Below, one piece after another: positions 9,524 through 20,959 of a stretch of DNA of 64,000 bases. Position numbers and translations under genes: made by a program. The first letter of the stretch is position 1. The number at the start of each line of letters is the position of its first letter. The notes under the pieces are model-generated. The model did no database searches and was not told the DNA's origin. It was given only the letters and a program-made list of their open reading frames with translations. The DNA comes from Deferribacterales bacterium. Its GTDB lineage: Bacteria > Chrysiogenota > Deferribacteres > Deferribacterales > Geovibrionaceae. The stretch covers positions 192,001 to 256,000 of the forward strand of contig JBFWMA010000004.1 in assembly GCA_050251875.1 (NCBI GenBank), given 5' to 3'.

Positions 9524-10510
9524 ATGTCTAAGTCAGTAATGAGAAAAACAGTATACGGCCTTTTAACGGTTGTGGTTCTGGCTGCCGCCGCTTATGGGGT
9601 ATATCACTATACCAGACCAAAACCGCCTGTGATGTTCGCTTCCGGAAACGGGCGGATAGAATCCACCGAGGCGGATATTACGGCAAAGATTCCCGGCAGG
9701 CTCACCGAGGTGCTGGCGCATGAGGGCGATATGGTGGCGCAGGGACAGCTCATGGCACGGATAGACGTGGACGAGCTCACCGCAAAGCTGAATCAGGCGA
9801 AGGCTCAGGTCATGCAGACCATAGAAAACAAGAAATACGCCGAGGCGGTGGTTAAGCAGAAGCTGTCTGAGCTGTCTCTGGCGCAGAAAAACTATGAACG
9901 GGCAAAAAATCTGTACGTTAACAAAAATATATCTCTGGTTCAGCTCCAGCAGGCGGAGACAAACGTGGACAGCATCCGCGCGGCGATAGACGCTTCGAAA
10001 GCGAGCGTTGTCAGCGCAGAGGCGGCGATCAATGCCGCTGTGGCTCAGAAAGAGGCTGTGGAAGCCAATCTGAAGGACACAGAACTGGTGTCTCCCATCT
10101 CCGGTCGTGTTCAGTACAGGCTGATGGAGCCGGGCGAGGTTATCCCCGCCGGCGGCAAGGTGCTGGTGGTTCAGGATCTGACAGATGTGTATATGACGAT
10201 ATTTCTGCCCACGGAATACGCCGGAAAGATAGATATAGGGGCTGAATCCAGGATAGTTCTGGACGCTCTGCCGGGCGTAGCCATTCCGGCGAAGGTATCG
10301 TTCATCTCTTCCGAGGCGCAGTTCACCCCGAAAGAGATAGAGACGCAGAACGAGCGTGAAAAGCTGGTTTTCAGAGTGAAAGTAAGGATAGACGAAGCTC
10401 TGCTGGAAAAATATAAGGAAAAAGTGAAAACAGGTCTGCCGGGTGTGGCGTATGTCCGTCTGGATAAAAACGCCGAATGGCCTCAGGAACTCGGACGTCT
10501 GGCGAAATAG
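9524..10510 (+). CDS. HlyD-family membrane fusion protein (YhiI-like)
   Basis: N-terminal TM; NGRIE, KIPGRL, AQFTPK.IET..ER.KLVFRVK and [11 protein letters not shown]. Confidence 0.9.
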   Translation: MSKSVMRKTVYGLLTVVVLAAAAYGVYHYTRPKPPVMFASGNGRIESTEADITAKIPGRLTEVLAHEGDMVAQGQLMARIDVDELTAKLNQAKAQVMQTIENKKYAEAVVKQKLSELSLAQKNYERAKNLYVNKNISLVQLQQAETNVDSIRAAIDASKASVVSAEAAINAAVAQKEAVEANLKDTELVSPISGRVQYRLMEPGEVIPAGGKVLVVQDLTDVYMTIFLPTEYAGKIDIGAESRIVLDALPGVAIPAKVSFISSEAQFTPKEIETQNEREKLVFRVKVRIDEALLEKYKEKVKTGLPGVAYVRLDKNAEWPQELGRLAK

Positions 10511-10512
10511 AT

Positions 10513-13227
10513 ATGGAAACGGTAGCCCGTATAACAGAACTGAGTCATAAATATGGCGGTGTGACGGCTGTGGACAATGTTTCTCTGTCCATCCCCGCCG
10601 GAGTGATGGTGGGGTTCATCGGTCCTGACGGAGTGGGTAAATCCAGCGTGCTGGCGCTCATCTCCGGAGTCCGTGTGATACAAAAGGGCAGGGTGGAGGT
10701 TTTCGGCGGAGATATGTCCGTCAGGAGCTTCCGTGACGATGTATGCCCCAGAATAGCCTATATGCCGCAGGGACTTGGAAAGAATCTCTACATGTCTCTG
10801 TCTGTGTATGAGAATGTGGAATTCTTCTCACGTCTTTTCGGTCAGGGCAGAAGAGAGCGGGGCGAGCGGATAGACATGCTGCTGAAAAGCACAGGACTCT
10901 ATCCCTTTCGTGACCGTCCGGCTGGAAAGCTCTCCGGCGGGATGAAACAGAAGCTGGGGCTCTGCTGTGCTCTCATTCACGACCCGGACCTGCTGATTCT
11001 GGACGAACCCACCACGGGCGTTGACCCGCTTTCCCGCAGACAGTTCTGGGATCTGATACAGAGCATCCGGAGCGGCAGTCCGGACATGAGCGTCATGGTT
11101 GCCACCGCATATATGGAAGAGGCGGAGGGGTTCGACTGGATAGTCGCCATGGACGACGGCAAGGTGCTGGCGTCTGGAACACCGGAAGAGATTCTGGAAA
11201 AGACCGGAACGGATAATTTCGACGCCGCTTTCATAGAGCTTCTGCCGGAAGAGAAGAGAAAAGATCACAAGACGCTGACAGTCCCCGAAAGACCTGAAGA
11301 CGGCGGTGAATACGCCATCACGGCGGAAAATCTGACAATGAGATTCGGTGATTTCACCGCTGTGGATAATGTCAGCTTCAGAATAGAAAAAGGCGAGATT
11401 TTCGGTTTCCTCGGTTCGAACGGATGCGGCAAAACCACCACTATGAAGATGCTGACCGGGCTTCTGAAACCCACAGAGGGGCATGCCGAGCTGTTCGGCG
11501 AAAGCTCCGCCAGAAGGGGAGACGTCAGACGCCGTGTGGGCTACATGACACAGGCGTTCTCTCTGTATACGGAGCTGACAGTGCTCCAGAACCTGATGCT
11601 CCACGCCAGACTCTATCACCTGCCAAAAGACAGGATAGTGCCGAGGGTGGAGGAACTGCTCAGCAGATTCAATCTGAAAAATTATGAAAACTCGCTTACG
11701 GATTCGCTCCCGCTGGGCATCAGACAGAGGCTGTCTCTGGCTGTGGCGGTGGTGCACAGTCCGGACATGCTGATTCTGGACGAGCCCACATCCGGAGTTG
11801 ACCCGGTTTCCAGAGACATCTTCTGGGAACTGCTGATAGACCTTTCACGCAGAGACGGCGTAACCATATTCGTCTCCACCCACTTCATGAACGAGGGCGA
11901 GCGGTGCGACCGGATATCTCTGATGCATCAGGGAACCGTTCTGGACAGCGACAAACCGTCCGAGCTGGTGAAAAAACGTGGAAAAAACACTCTGGAAGAG
12001 GCGTTCATAGACTATCTGAAAGAGGCGGCGGGAACAGAGGAAGATACGACTGAGCCGGTGCAGGGAGCTGTGCGGAAAGAGCACGCTAAACAGTCGGATA
12101 TTTTCAGCATGCGCAGACTGCTGGGATATACATACAGAGAATCGCTGGAACTGATCCGTGACCCTGTGAGGCTGACATTCGCCTTTCTGGGCATGGTTTT
12201 TCTGATGTTCATCGTGGGCAACGGCATCAATCTGGATGTGGACAATATGAAGTTCGCCGTGCTGGATGAGGACTATACCCAGCAGAGCGTTGACTATATT
12301 CAGAATATTTCGGGTTCGAGATATTTCACGGAATACAAAGAGATAAAGAGCATGACCGAGCTGGACAGCCGGATGAAGAGCGGCGAGCTGGTGATGGCGT
12401 TGATGATTCCTTCCGGTTTCGGCAAGGATATAAAACAGGGCAGACACACAGAGGTTGGCGTCTGGGTGGACGGTTCTCTGCCTTTCCGGGCGGAGACCAT
12501 CAAGGGATACATACAGGGCATGCATTACGATTATCTCGCCAAGCTGGCGAAAAAGACATACGGAACGGATGTGTCGCTCTATCCCGCCAACATCGAGATG
12601 CGCTACAGGTATAATCCGGATTTCAAGAGCATATACGCCATGGTTCCGGCAATCATCCCCATGCTTCTGGTTTTTATCCCGTCTATTCTGATGGCGCTGA
12701 GCGTGGTGCGTGAGAAGGAGCTGGGCTCCATAACCAATTTTTACGCCACCCCGGTGACACGTCTGGAATTTGTGCTGGGCAAACAGCTTCCGTATATCGC
12801 GGTGAGCATGGTGGGCTTCTTCGGGCTGATAGCGCAGTCCGTGTATATGTTTAATGTGCCTGTGCGGGGCAGCATGCTTTTGCTGACCGCGGCGGCTCTG
12901 CTGTATGTCACGGTCACCACCGGGTTCGGGCTTCTGATATCTTCTTTTACAAAGACACAGGTGGCGGCTCTTGCCGGAACGGCGCTTCTGACGCTGATTC
13001 CCACCATAAACTATGCCGGGCTGAAAGATCCGGTATCGTCCCTTCAGGGATTCGGCGCCGTGATAGGGCATGTCTTTCCGGCGACATATTTTATAAACAT
13101 CAGCCGTGGACTGTTCAGCAAGACGCTGAGCTTCAGCGATATGTACCCCAACTATGCTGTGCTGGTGCTCTCTGCCGTTGTGATAACGGCGGTCAGCATG
13201 CTTCTGCTCAAGAAGCAGGAGAGATGA
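10513..13227 (+). CDS. rbbA: RbbA-like double-ATPase ABC protein with C-terminal ABC-2 permease
   Basis: Two Walker A motifs ([16 protein letters not shown]), LSGGM, ILDEPT twice, VVREKELGS permease motif. Confidence 0.9.
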   Translation: METVARITELSHKYGGVTAVDNVSLSIPAGVMVGFIGPDGVGKSSVLALISGVRVIQKGRVEVFGGDMSVRSFRDDVCPRIAYMPQGLGKNLYMSLSVYENVEFFSRLFGQGRRERGERIDMLLKSTGLYPFRDRPAGKLSGGMKQKLGLCCALIHDPDLLILDEPTTGVDPLSRRQFWDLIQSIRSGSPDMSVMVATAYMEEAEGFDWIVAMDDGKVLASGTPEEILEKTGTDNFDAAFIELLPEEKRKDHKTLTVPERPEDGGEYAITAENLTMRFGDFTAVDNVSFRIEKGEIFGFLGSNGCGKTTTMKMLTGLLKPTEGHAELFGESSARRGDVRRRVGYMTQAFSLYTELTVLQNLMLHARLYHLPKDRIVPRVEELLSRFNLKNYENSLTDSLPLGIRQRLSLAVAVVHSPDMLILDEPTSGVDPVSRDIFWELLIDLSRRDGVTIFVSTHFMNEGERCDRISLMHQGTVLDSDKPSELVKKRGKNTLEEAFIDYLKEAAGTEEDTTEPVQGAVRKEHAKQSDIFSMRRLLGYTYRESLELIRDPVRLTFAFLGMVFLMFIVGNGINLDVDNMKFAVLDEDYTQQSVDYIQNISGSRYFTEYKEIKSMTELDSRMKSGELVMALMIPSGFGKDIKQGRHTEVGVWVDGSLPFRAETIKGYIQGMHYDYLAKLAKKTYGTDVSLYPANIEMRYRYNPDFKSIYAMVPAIIPMLLVFIPSILMALSVVREKELGSITNFYATPVTRLEFVLGKQLPYIAVSMVGFFGLIAQSVYMFNVPVRGSMLLLTAAALLYVTVTTGFGLLISSFTKTQVAALAGTALLTLIPTINYAGLKDPVSSLQGFGAVIGHVFPATYFINISRGLFSKTLSFSDMYPNYAVLVLSAVVITAVSMLLLKKQER

Positions 13228-13228
13228 C

Positions 13229-14347
13229 ATGCGGCATCTGAAAAATATATTCAACCTGGGGCTGAAAGAATTCATGGGGCTGTGGCGGGACAAGGTGATG
13301 TTCGCCCTTTTGATATACGCCTTCACCTTCGGAATATATGTCGGGGCGGTGTCGCTCTCCAGCGAACTGAGAAACGCCCCTGTCGCCTTCATAGACGAAG
13401 ACCGCTCAGAGCTCTCCGCCAGAATAATCGATTCGTTCTATGGTCCTTACTTCACCAAGCCGGAGCTGATAGACATAGCGCAGGCGGACAAAGGTCTCGA
13501 TTCCGGCATATACACATTCGTGGTGGATATCCCGCCTGATTTCGAAAAGGATATAATGCGGGGTCAGAAACCCTCGCTTCAGCTGAATATAGATGCCACC
13601 CGCATGACGCAGGCGGGGGTCGGTTCCGGGTATGTGCAGAATATAATAGTGAAAGAGATCAACGCTTTCGTCCATCCGTCACAGACGGCGGAACTGCCAA
13701 TAGATATAGTAACCAGAGTAAAATACAACGCTAATCTGGAGAGCAGCTGGTTCGGCGGTGTTATGGAGATGGTGAACAACATAGCCATGTTCTCTATCCT
13801 GCTCACCGGAGCGGCGTTCATCAGAGAGAGGGAGCACGGCACTCTGGAGCACCTGCTCGTCATGCCCCTGAACGCTTTCGAGGTGATGATGGCGAAGATA
13901 TGGTCCATGGGTCTGGTGGTGCTCATCATGTCGTCACTGTCTCTTCAGATTATATTAAAAGGCATAATCGGCGTCCCCGTTCAGGGCTCTATGGCTCTTT
14001 TTATGTGCGGCAGCGCTCTTCTGCTTTTTTCCACCACCTCGATGGGGATATTTTTGGGTACGATTTCACGCACCATGCCCCAGCTGGGTCTGCTGTTTAT
14101 CCTGACTATCCTGCCTATGGAGGTGCTCTCCGGCGGGTTTACGGCTTTCGACAGTATGCCTCTCACTGTTCAGCGTATCATGATGGTCGCCCCCACGCCC
14201 CACTTCGTGGCGCTGGCGCAGGGCATCATATTCCGTGGTGCGGGGCTGGCGGAGGTATGGCATAATATGGTTGTGATGTTTGTGATAGGACTGGTCTTTT
14301 TCAGCCTGTCGCTTATTCTTTTCAGAAAGAGCCTCAGCTCTTCATAG
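13229..14347 (+). CDS. ABC-2 permease (YhhJ-like)
   Basis: LGLKE, NIDATRMTQA and REREHGTLEHLLVMP motifs. Confidence 0.9.
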   Translation: MRHLKNIFNLGLKEFMGLWRDKVMFALLIYAFTFGIYVGAVSLSSELRNAPVAFIDEDRSELSARIIDSFYGPYFTKPELIDIAQADKGLDSGIYTFVVDIPPDFEKDIMRGQKPSLQLNIDATRMTQAGVGSGYVQNIIVKEINAFVHPSQTAELPIDIVTRVKYNANLESSWFGGVMEMVNNIAMFSILLTGAAFIREREHGTLEHLLVMPLNAFEVMMAKIWSMGLVVLIMSSLSLQIILKGIIGVPVQGSMALFMCGSALLLFSTTSMGIFLGTISRTMPQLGLLFILTILPMEVLSGGFTAFDSMPLTVQRIMMVAPTPHFVALAQGIIFRGAGLAEVWHNMVVMFVIGLVFFSLSLILFRKSLSSS

Positions 14348-14364
14348 GATGATAAGGGGATCGG

Positions 14365-14955
14365 ATGATAACTGCGTGCAGAGCCTGCGGACTGATAATA
14401 AACGCTGACACCGAAAACTGTGAGGGGCGCATGATGTGTCCCAGATGTTCACATGTGGTATTCCGCCGCAGAAACATGACATACGCTCTGGCTCTCAGCC
14501 TGTCGGCGGTGTTTCTGATGCTTCCCGCCATGCTTTTTCCGTTTCTGAGGATAATGATAAACGATACTATACTTTCCACCACACTGTTTCAGAGCGTTTC
14601 GGCTCTGAACAGCGAAGGATATCTTCCGGCGGGAGCGGCTGTTTTTCTCACAGCTTTTCTGGTGCCTCTGTTTTATCTTTTTTCTGTCTGCTATGTGTCC
14701 TTTGACGTGGTGACGGGGATTCGTCTGCCTCTGGCGGAGTATCTGGCGCACACCGTGCACAGGCTGAAACACTGGCACATGGTGGATGTTTTTCTGGTGG
14801 GTGTGCTGGTCAGCGTGGTTAAGCTGGTGGATATGGCGGATGTAACGCTGGGCGCCGGATTTTATCTGCTGGCGGTTATATGTTTTTTTATAATTACCGC
14901 AGGGGTTTTTTATGACTCCAGAACATTCTGGAACAGCAGGCAAAGCCATGACTGA
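14365..14955 (+). CDS. PqiA/LetA-family protein, N-terminal half
   Basis: CxxC...CPRC zinc ribbon, WHMVDVFLVGVLVSVVKL motif, several TM helices. Confidence 0.85.
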   Translation: MITACRACGLIINADTENCEGRMMCPRCSHVVFRRRNMTYALALSLSAVFLMLPAMLFPFLRIMINDTILSTTLFQSVSALNSEGYLPAGAAVFLTAFLVPLFYLFSVCYVSFDVVTGIRLPLAEYLAHTVHRLKHWHMVDVFLVGVLVSVVKLVDMADVTLGAGFYLLAVICFFIITAGVFYDSRTFWNSRQSHD

Positions 14956-15544
14956 TATCGAAGCGGGATATATTCTCTGCGCCGAATGCGGAACGCTGGT
15001 ACGCTCGGACGAGCCGGAGGCATACTGCGGACACTGCGGTGCGCATGTCAGAAGACGGAGCGCAGACAGCCTGAACAGAGCCTGGGCGCTGTCCATCGCC
15101 GCTCTGATACTCTATCTGCCTGCGAATATTTTTCCGATTATGGATGTGCGGATAATGGGCGAAAGCAGTACCAACACTATATTGGGCGGGGTTATACAGT
15201 TTTTTCAGCACCGGATGTATTTCATATGCGCCGTGGTTTTCGTGGCGAGTTTTGTGGTGCCTCTGTTCAAGCTGTCGGCGCTGTTCTACATTCTCCTGAC
15301 GCTTAATAAAGAAAAGAGCCTGTCGAACAGAAAGAAGACAACGCTCTTTAAAATAGTAGAGATAATAGGAAAATGGTCCATGCTGGATGTCTTCGTGGTG
15401 GGCATCATGGCGGGGCTGATAGATACGGGATATCTGCTGAAGATAACGGCGGGACCCGGGATCGTGTTTTTCGCCTCGGTGGTGATTCTCACCATGATGG
15501 CGTCAGCCAGTTTCGACACCAGACTGATATGGGACAAAGGATGA
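14948..15544 (+). CDS. PqiA/LetA-family protein, C-terminal half
   Basis: CAECG...CGHCG, YLPAN, GKWSMLDVFV and FDTRLIWD motifs; ATG overlaps the previous gene end. Confidence 0.9.
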   Translation: MTDIEAGYILCAECGTLVRSDEPEAYCGHCGAHVRRRSADSLNRAWALSIAALILYLPANIFPIMDVRIMGESSTNTILGGVIQFFQHRMYFICAVVFVASFVVPLFKLSALFYILLTLNKEKSLSNRKKTTLFKIVEIIGKWSMLDVFVVGIMAGLIDTGYLLKITAGPGIVFFASVVILTMMASASFDTRLIWDKG

Positions 15545-15548
15545 TGAT

Positions 15549-18491
15549 ATGACAGAAATACCGGAAGCTATAAAGAAGAAAACCAGAAAATTTTCACCCG
15601 TGTGGCTCACGCCCATACTGGCGCTGGCTATCACAGTCTGGCTGATATACAACGGATATGTTAACTCCGGCAAGGAGATACGCATAAGGTTCGATTCCGG
15701 ATCGGACATAGTGGTGGGCAAGACTCTGGTGAAATACAGAGGTATTCCCGTGGGCAAGGTGATCGATCTGGAGATCGCCGACACTCTGGACAAGGTGGAC
15801 GCCGTGATTAAGCTGGACAAGAGAGCTGACGCCATAGCCAGAGAGGGGATGCGGTTCTGGATAGTCAAGCCGAGAATCAGCATAAACCAGATTACAGGGC
15901 TTGAGACCATCATGTCGGGTACATATATCGAGATGGCGCCTCCGTTTTATGACAAGGAGGAGCTGGCTAAGCTGAAAGAGACGAATTTTTTCATAGGTCT
16001 GTCTGAACCTGCCGATCTGGAGACGGAGAAGGACGCCGTGAATGTCAACCTGTTCAGTGTCAAGGATATGGGGATATACAGCGGAATGGGAGTGTATTTC
16101 AACGGAATATCCGCCGGAAGGGTTCTGGGCGTGCGCTATGACAGAGAGACGAACAAATATAACGTAAGTGTCTCCGTAAGCAAGGAATATCAGAAATATA
16201 TCAATAAACACACAAAATTCTGGAACGTGGGCGGCATAGACATGAGGCTGGATTCCGCCGGATTCTCGCTTCAGGTGCCTCAGTTCAACAGTCTGCTTCA
16301 GGGCGGGGTCGCCTTCGACTCGGATATCCAGACGGACACCGCTCAGCCGGAGGAGAGCTATGAGGTTTTCAGCAGTTACTCATCCACCCTTTTGTCGCCG
16401 GAGACAGTGACTCTGTATATGCCTGAGTGTTACGGCATGAAGGACGGCAGAACGCCAGTGATGTTCAAAGGCGTTCAGGCGGGGATTGTGGATTCTCTGG
16501 ATATCAACGATAAACAGCAGTGTGTCGCTTCCATCAAGCTGAACAGAAAGTTCGGCTATCTGGCGGCGCATAACAGCAGATTTGTTCTGGAACAGCCGGA
16601 AATCTCTCTGGGCGGAGTCAAAAATATCTCGTCAGCGCTTCTGGGCGTATATATTCAGGTGGAATCCGGCGGAGGAGCAGTCAGGAGGGAATTTACCCTG
16701 TCTGACAGACCGATAATCACCGTGCCGGAGGGTTCCTTCAGGCTGACGCTGAAAGCCGACAGCAGGGCGGTTTCTGACGAGGGCGAGGGAATATACTATA
16801 AAGGCGTGAAGATAGGTATGGTGACATCCGTCAGTCTTAGAAACAGTCTCACCCTGTATGGGGCGGTTATCTTTCCAGAGTATAAGAAGCTGGCTGTGAC
16901 CGGGCTTTATCTGTATAAACCGGATCTTTTCAAGATGAGCTATGCCTCCGGACAGCTTCGTGTGGACACAGAGCCGGGCGCTCTGACAAGGGGCGGTATA
17001 TCCGCCGGATTTTTCGGCGCTCAGGGTTCGCCTCTGAAAGAGGGAGCGGCGCTGACTCTGTATTCTGACGAGGATTCCGCCAGACGGGCGGATATCTCTT
17101 CCGGAGGGCTGACTCAGGTCAGTCTGAAGACATCGGACGCATTCGGGCTGGGTTCCGGCTCGCCTGTGTATTTTAAGGGCGTTCAGGCGGGAGAGATCGC
17201 TTCCGTGGATGTTTCATCTGACGGTTCCGTGGACGTGCGGGCGGTGATCTATCCGGGCAGGGTGAAGAAGGACAGCGGTATGATCTTCTGGAAAAACGGC
17301 GTGATGAGCGCCGATTTATCCGCCAACGGTCTGGAGATGCAGGCGCCCACATTGCAGGAGGCTTTCTCCGGAGGGCTTTCATTTGATGTGACAGCGGAAG
17401 GGGCGAAGAGCTCTTATCATATATACGACAGCAGGCTGGAGGCGGAGAGGGTCATCAGAAGACTGAACGCCGGAAAGACAGTCCGGCTGTATTACAATGA
17501 TGTCGTGCCTCCCGAAGAGGATTCCCCCGTGTATTTCAACGGGATTAAGACTGGTTTTTCATCCGCCGCAGGATATGACAAAAAGCTGAACACATCCTAT
17601 GTGGATATACTGATAGATAAAAAATACGCCGGAACGGTAGGTCAGTTCACCCGCTTCTATAATGCCGGAATAGCCTCCGTGGGGGTTAAGGGCGGCGCTA
17701 TAGAGGTGCACGCTGAGCCTTTCATGAACTATGTCAGCGGAGCCGTCTATTATGAAACATTTGCCAGTTCAGGCGGCGCAGACAGGCTCTATGCGGACAG
17801 AAAATCTGCCGAAGCGCCGGATCATCTGGGGATATATGTTTATCTGAACGGCACTGTGTCTCTGAAAGAGGGGGCGGATGTTGTCTGTGACGGCAGAAAA
17901 GTAGGGTATATCAGCAGAATAAACGATCGTGGCGGTAAGAAGAGAGCCTATGCCCTGATATACAGAGAGAACAGCGGACTGCTGTCTGAGGGGGCGGTCT
18001 TGTGGACGGAAGATATAGAGATATCTCTGGACGGGATCAAAAATGCCGATTCGGCGCTGTTCGGAACCAAGCTGGCTATGAAGGGCGGAAACGGCAAGCC
18101 GAAAACCGAGTTTACGCTTTCGGATAAATATATGGCGATGGACGGACTGCGTATCGTGGTTACCGCTGATTCCAGAAATTCTCTGGAGCAGGGTTCGCCT
18201 GTTTACTACAGACAGGTTCAGGTGGGCGAGGTGGAGAGCGTAAAACTGTCTGATGACGCTAAGAGTGTTGAGATAAAAGTATTCATACAGAAGAAACACG
18301 CCCCGCTTGTCCGGACATCCAGCGTGTTCACCGCCGTGAGCGGTGTGGACGCCAGCTATGGAATATTCAAAGGCGTGAGGATAAAGACCGGCACGGTGAA
18401 ATCCATGATAAAAGGCGGTCTGGAGTTCACCACGGACGAGTCGAAGGGCGAGCCGATGAAAGACGGCGGCACCATCGCTCTGACAAAATAG
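15549..18491 (+). CDS. LetB/PqiB-family multi-MCE (MlaD) protein, eight MCE repeats by eye
   Basis: SPVWL.P N-terminal TM, GLETIMSG.YI, and eight repeats of the V-x-(Y/F)-x-G-x-x-(V/A/I)-G MCE start motif. Confidence 0.85.
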   Translation: MTEIPEAIKKKTRKFSPVWLTPILALAITVWLIYNGYVNSGKEIRIRFDSGSDIVVGKTLVKYRGIPVGKVIDLEIADTLDKVDAVIKLDKRADAIAREGMRFWIVKPRISINQITGLETIMSGTYIEMAPPFYDKEELAKLKETNFFIGLSEPADLETEKDAVNVNLFSVKDMGIYSGMGVYFNGISAGRVLGVRYDRETNKYNVSVSVSKEYQKYINKHTKFWNVGGIDMRLDSAGFSLQVPQFNSLLQGGVAFDSDIQTDTAQPEESYEVFSSYSSTLLSPETVTLYMPECYGMKDGRTPVMFKGVQAGIVDSLDINDKQQCVASIKLNRKFGYLAAHNSRFVLEQPEISLGGVKNISSALLGVYIQVESGGGAVRREFTLSDRPIITVPEGSFRLTLKADSRAVSDEGEGIYYKGVKIGMVTSVSLRNSLTLYGAVIFPEYKKLAVTGLYLYKPDLFKMSYASGQLRVDTEPGALTRGGISAGFFGAQGSPLKEGAALTLYSDEDSARRADISSGGLTQVSLKTSDAFGLGSGSPVYFKGVQAGEIASVDVSSDGSVDVRAVIYPGRVKKDSGMIFWKNGVMSADLSANGLEMQAPTLQEAFSGGLSFDVTAEGAKSSYHIYDSRLEAERVIRRLNAGKTVRLYYNDVVPPEEDSPVYFNGIKTGFSSAAGYDKKLNTSYVDILIDKKYAGTVGQFTRFYNAGIASVGVKGGAIEVHAEPFMNYVSGAVYYETFASSGGADRLYADRKSAEAPDHLGIYVYLNGTVSLKEGADVVCDGRKVGYISRINDRGGKKRAYALIYRENSGLLSEGAVLWTEDIEISLDGIKNADSALFGTKLAMKGGNGKPKTEFTLSDKYMAMDGLRIVVTADSRNSLEQGSPVYYRQVQVGEVESVKLSDDAKSVEIKVFIQKKHAPLVRTSSVFTAVSGVDASYGIFKGVRIKTGTVKSMIKGGLEFTTDESKGEPMKDGGTIALTK

Positions 18492-18492
18492 T

Positions 18493-20412
18493 CTAGCGCC
18501 CGATAATTTTAGAGAAGTGACGGCGGGTGGAGTCCTGTAATTTCCCCGCCACCTTGAACGCCTCTTTCAGAAGATCAGCCTCCTCCTCTGTCAGCTCGTC
18601 AGGGTCGAGGTAGTGGCTGGGCTCGTTTCCGGCTTCGATCATTTTTATCTCGTTTTTCAGGCGGAGATATGTAAACGACTCGAAAGCCGCCTTGATATGC
18701 TCCACAGTGGCTCGGTTGAATATATTCAGCTCCAGCAGTCTGTCCAGACGCTCCACCGTTGTTACGGCGTGTATGCCGTGCTCCAGCATGAACATCCGCA
18801 CACAGTCCACTATGAAGATGCTTCCGTTCTCTTTCAGCGACAGCCTGCCCTTGTGCTCCTTCTCACTGCTGGTGATGAATCTGCCCAGCAGGTTGATCGG
18901 TATCTTATGTTTATAGTCCAGCTCCATCATCTGAAACAGAAAGAGCGGGTTAGCCTTGATCTGCTGATGCACCATGTCCCTGAGGCTGACACAGAGCGAG
19001 CCGTCACCGCCTATGGGCATGAAATCGAAGAAAATGGATGAATACCTGACTCTCTGCGGTTCCGGAACTTTGATCCATGAAGAGACTCTCTCTTTCCACT
19101 CGCTCAGCCTTCCTCTCCAGAGGGGGTTGTTCGCCATCACCTTGCCGTGGCACAGGGGATAGCCTATGTGATCCAGAGCTTCTACCAGCCTCTCTGAGAA
19201 AGGCACGAAGAAGGCGTCCACGCTTTCTGACATTTCGTCAGGGAAATCGCCGTAAAGAAGCCCGTTGTCCTGATCGGGACCCAGAAGCATCTCTTTGCGC
19301 CCTCCGCTGCCCATTATTATGAAGCAGTGTCTGACATCCGGCATCTCATAGCCGGACTGGAGCATCTCTTTCAGTATTATTTCATAGCATCTTCTTATGA
19401 TGCTGTGATGCACATATGAGAGGATTTCCATGGTCTCTGTGTGGGAGCGGTTTTCGGAGAGGAGCATTTTCGCCACCTTCACCACTTCGGCTCTCACGGT
19501 CTTCAGCTCGTCTACAGTGACCGCCTCTTTCGCGCTGCCCACCAAAAGCATGGATTTCTGACTGCGGAACTTCATCAGATCCTGAAGCGATACGATGCCC
19601 TCTATGCTGTCGCCGTCCAGAATGGGCAGGTGGCGTATGCCGTGCCTCAGCATGAAGGTGACCGCCTCGTACATGAACGTATCCGGAGTCATATAATATG
19701 GGTCGAGGGTCATTATATCGTGCGCCGTGGAGTGTTTCAGGCAGTCCACAGTGTCTCTCGCCAGAACTTTTCTCACCAGATCCCTTTCGGTGACTATGCC
19801 GGCTATTTTGCCGTTGTCGTCTGTTATCACCACGGCGGCGATACCCGCCTCGGTCATCTTGACGGCGATATCCCTGACGGTGGTGTTCACGGAACACGTC
19901 TCCACCGGTTTTGACATTATCTCTTTCAGCTTTTTCTGAAAAGGATACGCCTCCATCTGCGCCACAGGATCCATGGAGTTGCGCTCCACCATATCCTGAT
20001 ACAGTTTTCTTATCTGAGAATATACGGCTTTGCTGAAATGATTTGATATCACCGGGTACTGGTTGGCGAGCCGAAGAAGCTCTTCCTTAGGAATAAGCAG
20101 ACAGACTGATTCCTCAGTGGTTTTCGCCCCCGCTGTGTAGTTTTCATTTGTAAATACCGGAGTCCAGCCGAAGAAACATCCCGCAGGGCGTGTGTCCACC
20201 ACCATTTCCACCGCTTCGGACGTTTCGGAAATGATCTCCACGCTCCCTTTCTGGATGTAGTAGAGATATCCGGACGGCGTGTCTTTCTGGGCGAAGATTA
20301 CTGTGTTCGCCGGATATGTGACTGATAACGATATGGATTCTATGAGGTTGGCATCCTCTTCAGGAATACGGTTGAATGGCACGCTGCTGTACAGCCGTGT
20401 GATTTCTGACAT
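18493..20412 (-). CDS. cNMP-binding + CBS-pair + DUF294 nucleotidyltransferase-like protein
   Basis: cNMP region (YYIQKGSVEI), CBS motifs (GIVTERDL, IRHLPI), MGSGGRKE...DQDNGL, GYPLCHGKVMA. Confidence 0.9.
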   Translation of the reverse strand: MSEITRLYSSVPFNRIPEEDANLIESISLSVTYPANTVIFAQKDTPSGYLYYIQKGSVEIISETSEAVEMVVDTRPAGCFFGWTPVFTNENYTAGAKTTEESVCLLIPKEELLRLANQYPVISNHFSKAVYSQIRKLYQDMVERNSMDPVAQMEAYPFQKKLKEIMSKPVETCSVNTTVRDIAVKMTEAGIAAVVITDDNGKIAGIVTERDLVRKVLARDTVDCLKHSTAHDIMTLDPYYMTPDTFMYEAVTFMLRHGIRHLPILDGDSIEGIVSLQDLMKFRSQKSMLLVGSAKEAVTVDELKTVRAEVVKVAKMLLSENRSHTETMEILSYVHHSIIRRCYEIILKEMLQSGYEMPDVRHCFIIMGSGGRKEMLLGPDQDNGLLYGDFPDEMSESVDAFFVPFSERLVEALDHIGYPLCHGKVMANNPLWRGRLSEWKERVSSWIKVPEPQRVRYSSIFFDFMPIGGDGSLCVSLRDMVHQQIKANPLFLFQMMELDYKHKIPINLLGRFITSSEKEHKGRLSLKENGSIFIVDCVRMFMLEHGIHAVTTVERLDRLLELNIFNRATVEHIKAAFESFTYLRLKNEIKMIEAGNEPSHYLDPDELTEEEADLLKEAFKVAGKLQDSTRRHFSKIIGR

Positions 20413-20518
20413 ATCTTACCCCGGTTGATCAGTAATAAAACATTATATCAAAAAAAGTCTCCCTCAGGAGACAATTTTTGATATAAGGATAGGGAGTTGA
20501 AATGTTTTGTAATAAAAC

Positions 20519-20896
20519 TTAATTTGCCCCGGCTTCCCTCTTCTTTCTTCCGAAGATGAAGGGATGCGCCTGCTGGCGGAGAATGATGTCGGCGAATATC
20601 TTGCACCAGATAGTGCTGCCCGCTATGGCCGACCATTTTTCATATGGATAGCCCAGAGCTACAACGCCGATGATGGTCCAGAGTGCCGCCAGAGCCGCCA
20701 GAAGGTTGATAGTTCCGGCGAAAGGAGCCCATTTTCTGGGATTAGCGGGGGATTTGCCCTTTTTCAGCGCCACTTCTGAGTAGTCGCCTTGAGCAAAAAT
20801 TCTCCAGGCTCTGCGCCCCCAGTAAAATACCATCGGGAAAAGAGCCAGAAAAAGTACCCATGTTAATATAAGACTTAAATCGAATTTCATCTTCAA
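20519..20896 (-). CDS. Small hypothetical membrane protein
   Basis: 125 aa, 2-3 hydrophobic segments, co-oriented in the symporter cluster, GAGG SD upstream. Confidence 0.7.
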   Translation of the reverse strand: MKMKFDLSLILTWVLFLALFPMVFYWGRRAWRIFAQGDYSEVALKKGKSPANPRKWAPFAGTINLLAALAALWTIIGVVALGYPYEKWSAIAGSTIWCKIFADIILRQQAHPFIFGRKKREAGAN

Positions 20897-20959
20897 CCCC
20901 TCAGCGAAAAATATATGATGAAGCCCCGCATGACTGCGAGCGGGGCTTCATGCAGAATG

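Noticed and set aside
20445..20483. Hairpin with a CTCAGGAG core resembling the repeat family's terminal stem
   Set aside because: It lacks the family's linker motifs and CAGGACG loop; more likely an ordinary intergenic hairpin.
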